10,495 bases of DNA from Candidatus Hadarchaeota archaeon. Lineage in GTDB: Archaea; CAYQAE01; CAYVLA01. Under the pieces are notes generated by a model that saw nothing but the letters and a program-made list of their open reading frames with translations, did no database searches and was not told the origin of the DNA. The stretch spans positions 1 through 10,495 of the forward strand of contig CAZUNO010000052.1 in assembly GCA_964621445.1 (NCBI GenBank). Direction: 5' to 3'. Below, in pieces: positions 7,127 through 10,495 of the stretch. Position 1 is the stretch's first letter; each line of letters begins with the position of its first letter. The translations under genes were made by a program, and so were the position numbers.

Positions 7127-8365
7127 TTGAGAGAGATATTTGCCTTATTCCTCGCAGCAATGTGTTGTCTACCGGCGATTACGGCTGCGGGCGGCCCCGA
7201 GGTCATATATATACTCTACCTTTGCAGATCCTCTGCCTGGGAGGCTCGTAGGGACCTAATGCTGAGCGCGGATCCCAGTATTGAAGTGCTCGGGGTTCAG
7301 ACCCTCGGTGCACATGCAATATGGCAGGGTTCGGTGGATCCTGGTGCGGTGAATAGGAGAATGAGGATTTACATGCCAAGATCCTATGAACAGTTCATCG
7401 AGGAAAGGGACATGCTGATTCTCCATGATGCTCCCCATAGTCATCCCTTGCAGCCGGAGATTCGGCTTGATTCCAAATGGCTCCACTGGTGGGTCGACGC
7501 GGTTATCGAGGAAGGGGTGTCACTATGTATGTGGGGTGGAGACGCCTCCTGGGGAGGTCATGGGGAGCAAAGGAACCCCTCATGGGGCGAAACTGTGCTG
7601 GACGCAGTGCTTCCTTTTCAGTGTCTCCCGGCCTATGCCCTCCCTGTGCCTAAACCCTTTGAGCCAGATTTCGTTGACTCCAACCACCCCCTGTCACGCC
7701 TACCCTGGGAAAAGTCTCCCCCGATAATGGTCCTGAACAATGTAAAGCCCAAAGCGGGAGCCACCATGGTGGCCTACGCCGCTTCAAGGACCGAGAGATT
7801 TCCATGGATAGCGTGGTGGGAACAGGGAAAAGGAAGGGTTCTTGGTGAAACCCAGGTTTTTGGAAGTCTCGGCGGGGGAGCAAGAATGGCCTTGGAGTGG
7901 GATTGGTTTCAGGACTTCCTGATCTATCTAACCTATTTTGGGGCAGGGAAGGAGATCCCCGGGGACATCTACAAAGCACACCGGATAAGGGAGGATATCA
8001 ATTCTCACATAGCACAGACCTCTCTCATGGTATCGCTATTTGAATTCATCGAGAGATTTGGTGTAAGCACAACGGATCTTTACGCCGAGATCGATAATAT
8101 AAACTTGATCGAGGAAGAGGCAGAAGAGTTCTACAGGAAAGGCGAATATGATAAGGCGGATCAGAAACTACAAAAAGTGAACGCCGAATGGGGGAGATTA
8201 AACGTTGAAGCCATTGAAGTCAAGGAAAATACCCTGGTTTGGATTTATCTAATAGAATGGATGATCGTCACCAGTGCGGCCACCATTTCCGGGGTTATCG
8301 TGTGGACCCTAATGATAAGAAGACGTTATTATCACGAAATATTGACAACCAGAGGAACCCACTGA
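7127..8365 (+). CDS. Secreted, membrane-anchored hypothetical protein with class I glutamine amidotransferase-like (DUF1355-like) domain, 412 aa
   Basis: N-terminal signal peptide; LCMWGGDASWGG...WGETVLDAVLPF and WEQGKGRVL resemble GATase1-like/DUF1355 proteins; charged helical stalk, then one TM segment and an RRRYY tail. ORF solid, domain call tentative. Confidence 0.6.
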   Translation: MREIFALFLAAMCCLPAITAAGGPEVIYILYLCRSSAWEARRDLMLSADPSIEVLGVQTLGAHAIWQGSVDPGAVNRRMRIYMPRSYEQFIEERDMLILHDAPHSHPLQPEIRLDSKWLHWWVDAVIEEGVSLCMWGGDASWGGHGEQRNPSWGETVLDAVLPFQCLPAYALPVPKPFEPDFVDSNHPLSRLPWEKSPPIMVLNNVKPKAGATMVAYAASRTERFPWIAWWEQGKGRVLGETQVFGSLGGGARMALEWDWFQDFLIYLTYFGAGKEIPGDIYKAHRIREDINSHIAQTSLMVSLFEFIERFGVSTTDLYAEIDNINLIEEEAEEFYRKGEYDKADQKLQKVNAEWGRLNVEAIEVKENTLVWIYLIEWMIVTSAATISGVIVWTLMIRRRYYHEILTTRGTH

Positions 8366-8379
8366 CCGGTTGATCATTT

Positions 8380-8955
8380 ATGGTGAGAAGAAGAGCTATA
8401 GTTGGAGTTATGGGCTCCGGGAGTGAGCCGTACAGTAATCTTGCCAGACCTCTGGGAAGTCTCATCGCCTCTAAGGGGTTCCACCTGCTGACAGGTGGCG
8501 GTTCGGGTATAATGCAGGAGGTTTCGCATGGCTTTTGCCAAGGGCCAAATGAAAGAGGAATATGCATCGGCATTATCAAGGGAAGTATCGAATCTGACTC
8601 GTCGGAAACCCCTGCCAGGGAGCACCTACCGTCCACCGTCAACCCCTGGGTGGAAATTCCCATTTATACCCATTTACCGTACAGCGGCGATAGAGGCATG
8701 GACAAACTCAGTCGTAATCACATAAATGTCCTGAGCTCGGATGTAATGATCGTTCTGCCGGGGGGTTCTGGAACCCGTTCGGAGGTCCTGCTACGTCTCC
8801 AGTACGGGAAACGGCTCATCCTCTATCTTGGAGAAGGTAAAATCGACGGTTTTGGGCCAGCATATTTCTCTTCTCGGGCAATTGAGAAAAACCAGGTTTT
8901 GGTGGCCAGGACCCTGAGCGATGTTAATGGCATGATCGACGATCTAACAAAGTAA
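8380..8955 (+). CDS. LOG/SLOG-family Rossmann-fold nucleotide-binding protein (MoCo-carrier/TIGR00725-like), 191 aa
   Basis: IVGVMGSG, LLTGGGSGIM, SRNHINVLSSD, and PGGSGTRSE (LOG PGGxGTxxE motif). Confidence 0.85.
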   Translation: MVRRRAIVGVMGSGSEPYSNLARPLGSLIASKGFHLLTGGGSGIMQEVSHGFCQGPNERGICIGIIKGSIESDSSETPAREHLPSTVNPWVEIPIYTHLPYSGDRGMDKLSRNHINVLSSDVMIVLPGGSGTRSEVLLRLQYGKRLILYLGEGKIDGFGPAYFSSRAIEKNQVLVARTLSDVNGMIDDLTK

Positions 8956-8987
8956 AATCCAGGAAAATAGATTGCGGCACAACCCGC

Positions 8988-9030
8988 TAACGGTTATTAA
9001 CCCAAACCAGTCCATTATCAGGCAGGTGAT
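8988..9030 (+). promoter_or_regulatory. Putative TATA (TTATTAA 8994-9000) and SD (AGGTGAT 9024-9030) for the sulfatase
   Basis: Spacing fits a transcription start near 9022 and a TTG start at 9038, 7 nt after the SD. Confidence 0.55.
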
Positions 9031-9037
9031 CAATTCG

Positions 9038-10495
9038 TTGAAGGACAAGCCAAACGTTCTTTTCATTCTTTCCGATCAACACAATGCCAAAACAGTCGGC
9101 TGGAAATCATCCACTGTACGAACTCCCAATATGGATTGAATGGCCAAGGAGGGAGTTCGATTCGATAATGCCATTTCCCAGAACCCTATTTGCACGCCCA
9201 GTCGTGTCTCATGGCTCTCGGGCCAATATTGCCACAATACAGGATACTATGGCCTATCCGGCCCCCATCCCGAAGGCTTACCCACGATAATTGGCCATTT
9301 TCGCTCAGCAGGTTATCGGACTGGTGCAATCGGTAAGATTCACTGCCCGGCCTACTGGGTGGAAGACGACTGTGACATGTTTCACGATACCTGTGGGACC
9401 AGCATTGGGGGCAGGAGTGAAGAATATTCGACTTATCTTAAAAAGCGAGGGCTAAGCGATTTGGAGGATCATGCCGGGATGAACGAGTTCGGGAAAAAGG
9501 GGAAACAGACGGTTGATGCGAGGCCATCCAAAGTGAGTTATGAGGACGGGCAGGAGGGGTGGAGCGTTCGTAAAGGAATTGAATTTATGGAACAAAACCG
9601 GGATGCTCCGTTCTTTCTCCACATTAGCCTGCCAAAACCGCATCAATGCTATACGCCTGCCGCGCGTTTCTGGGAATTATACAAGGAATCCGATATTCCA
9701 CTTCCTCCTAATGCCGATTACGATATGAAAGGAAAAGCCCCTCATCTTATCCGTTCGGCAGAACGGTGGAGAGAGGGGGATTGGCAGCTTTTCGAACCCA
9801 AGACCTTTGAAGCCGGGAGGCTAAGAAAGCTCCACGGTTATCTTGGTAATGTGAGTCATGTCGACCATGCGGTCGGCGAATTACTTACCTGGCTTGAGGA
9901 GAATCATTTGGACCAGGAGACCATAGTGATCTATTCAACTGATCACGGGGAGTATGCATGTGAGCATGGGATTATGGAGAAGGCTCCCGGCATATGTTCC
10001 GACGCGGTTACCAGAATACCCATGATTTGGCGCTGGCCGAAGGTCTTTAAGTCGGGCCATGTGGTCCGGGAATTGGTTGAGACCGTGGATATGGCCAACA
10101 CACTCTGTAGCCTGGCGGGGATTAAGCCCCTACAAACCGTTGATGGCAAGGATATATCACATTTGCTTCGCGGAGAATCCGGTCAGGTCCGAAGGCTGGC
10201 GGTAACTGAGGCACCATGGAGCAAATCAATAAGAAAAGGGAAATATCGCCTGGTGTACTACCCGCGGAACTTCTTCCAGGAGAAATATCCGAATGGCTTC
10301 CTGGAGCTTTACGATCTTCAGAAGGACCCATGGGAGATGGATAATCTCTTCTTTGATCCCCAATATGAATATCTTATCAGGGAAATCCTAAAAGATTTCA
10401 TGGACTGGCTAGTGACCACGACTCGACCTACGACCGTTCATCCGCCAGTCAGGAAAAATAGCCAAGAGGCAAGACTACGGTATAATAATTCAGTT
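9038..10495 (+). CDS. Cys-type (formylglycine-dependent) sulfatase, 3'-partial, interrupted by an in-frame TGA at 9137-9139 (possible pseudogene)
   Basis: Manual translation: KPNVLFILSDQH..VRTPNMD*MAKEGVRFDNA..NPICTPSRVSWLSGQY..GYRTGAIGKIH..PFFLHISLPKPH..IVIYSTDHGE..ELYDLQKDPWEMDNL. Open from 9140 to the window end (452 codons). Absent from the ORF track. Confidence 0.9.

Noticed and set aside
9137-9139. Selenocysteine or genome-wide TGA reassignment
   Set aside because: The position corresponds to Arg, not Cys, and the catalytic Cys is a normal TGC. No other intact gene here has an internal TGA, and TGA ends 7127..8365. A 3' SECIS cannot be checked because the gene leaves the window.
1276-10331. 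Remaining short ORFs in the track (e.g. 2562..2951, 3370..3825, 6292..6810, 9084..9290, 9943..10149)
   Set aside because: They are antisense or alternate-frame shadows of well-supported genes, with no recognisable motifs.
1-10495. CRISPR arrays, IS elements/transposases, rRNA or tRNA genes, defence systems
   Set aside because: No regularly spaced repeats, transposase motifs or RNA-gene signatures were seen.

Overview
Archaeal chromosomal window: archaeal-type uS2 and UppS, BRE/TATA-like promoters, GGAGGTGA/AGGTGAT Shine-Dalgarno (SD) sites; finer lineage not determinable. Left to right: a ~240-nt highly structured non-coding region ending in a hairpin plus U-tract downstream of a cold-shock protein gene (-); an unannotated, internally deleted and frameshifted M23 metallopeptidase remnant (-); an EamA/DMT transporter; an ABC exporter (ATPase + permease); a cis-prenyltransferase uppS whose frame opens ~100 codons upstream of the ORF-track call with no ATG/GTG/TTG there (probable CTG start); a convergent rps2-MEMO1/AmrB pair; a secreted, C-terminally anchored GATase-like protein; a LOG/SLOG-family protein; and a Cys-type sulfatase missed by the ORF track that runs off the right edge and has one in-frame TGA at codon 34. 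The best candidate for something undescribed is the structured RNA in the csp 3' region. All folds and family calls were made by eye, without searches.
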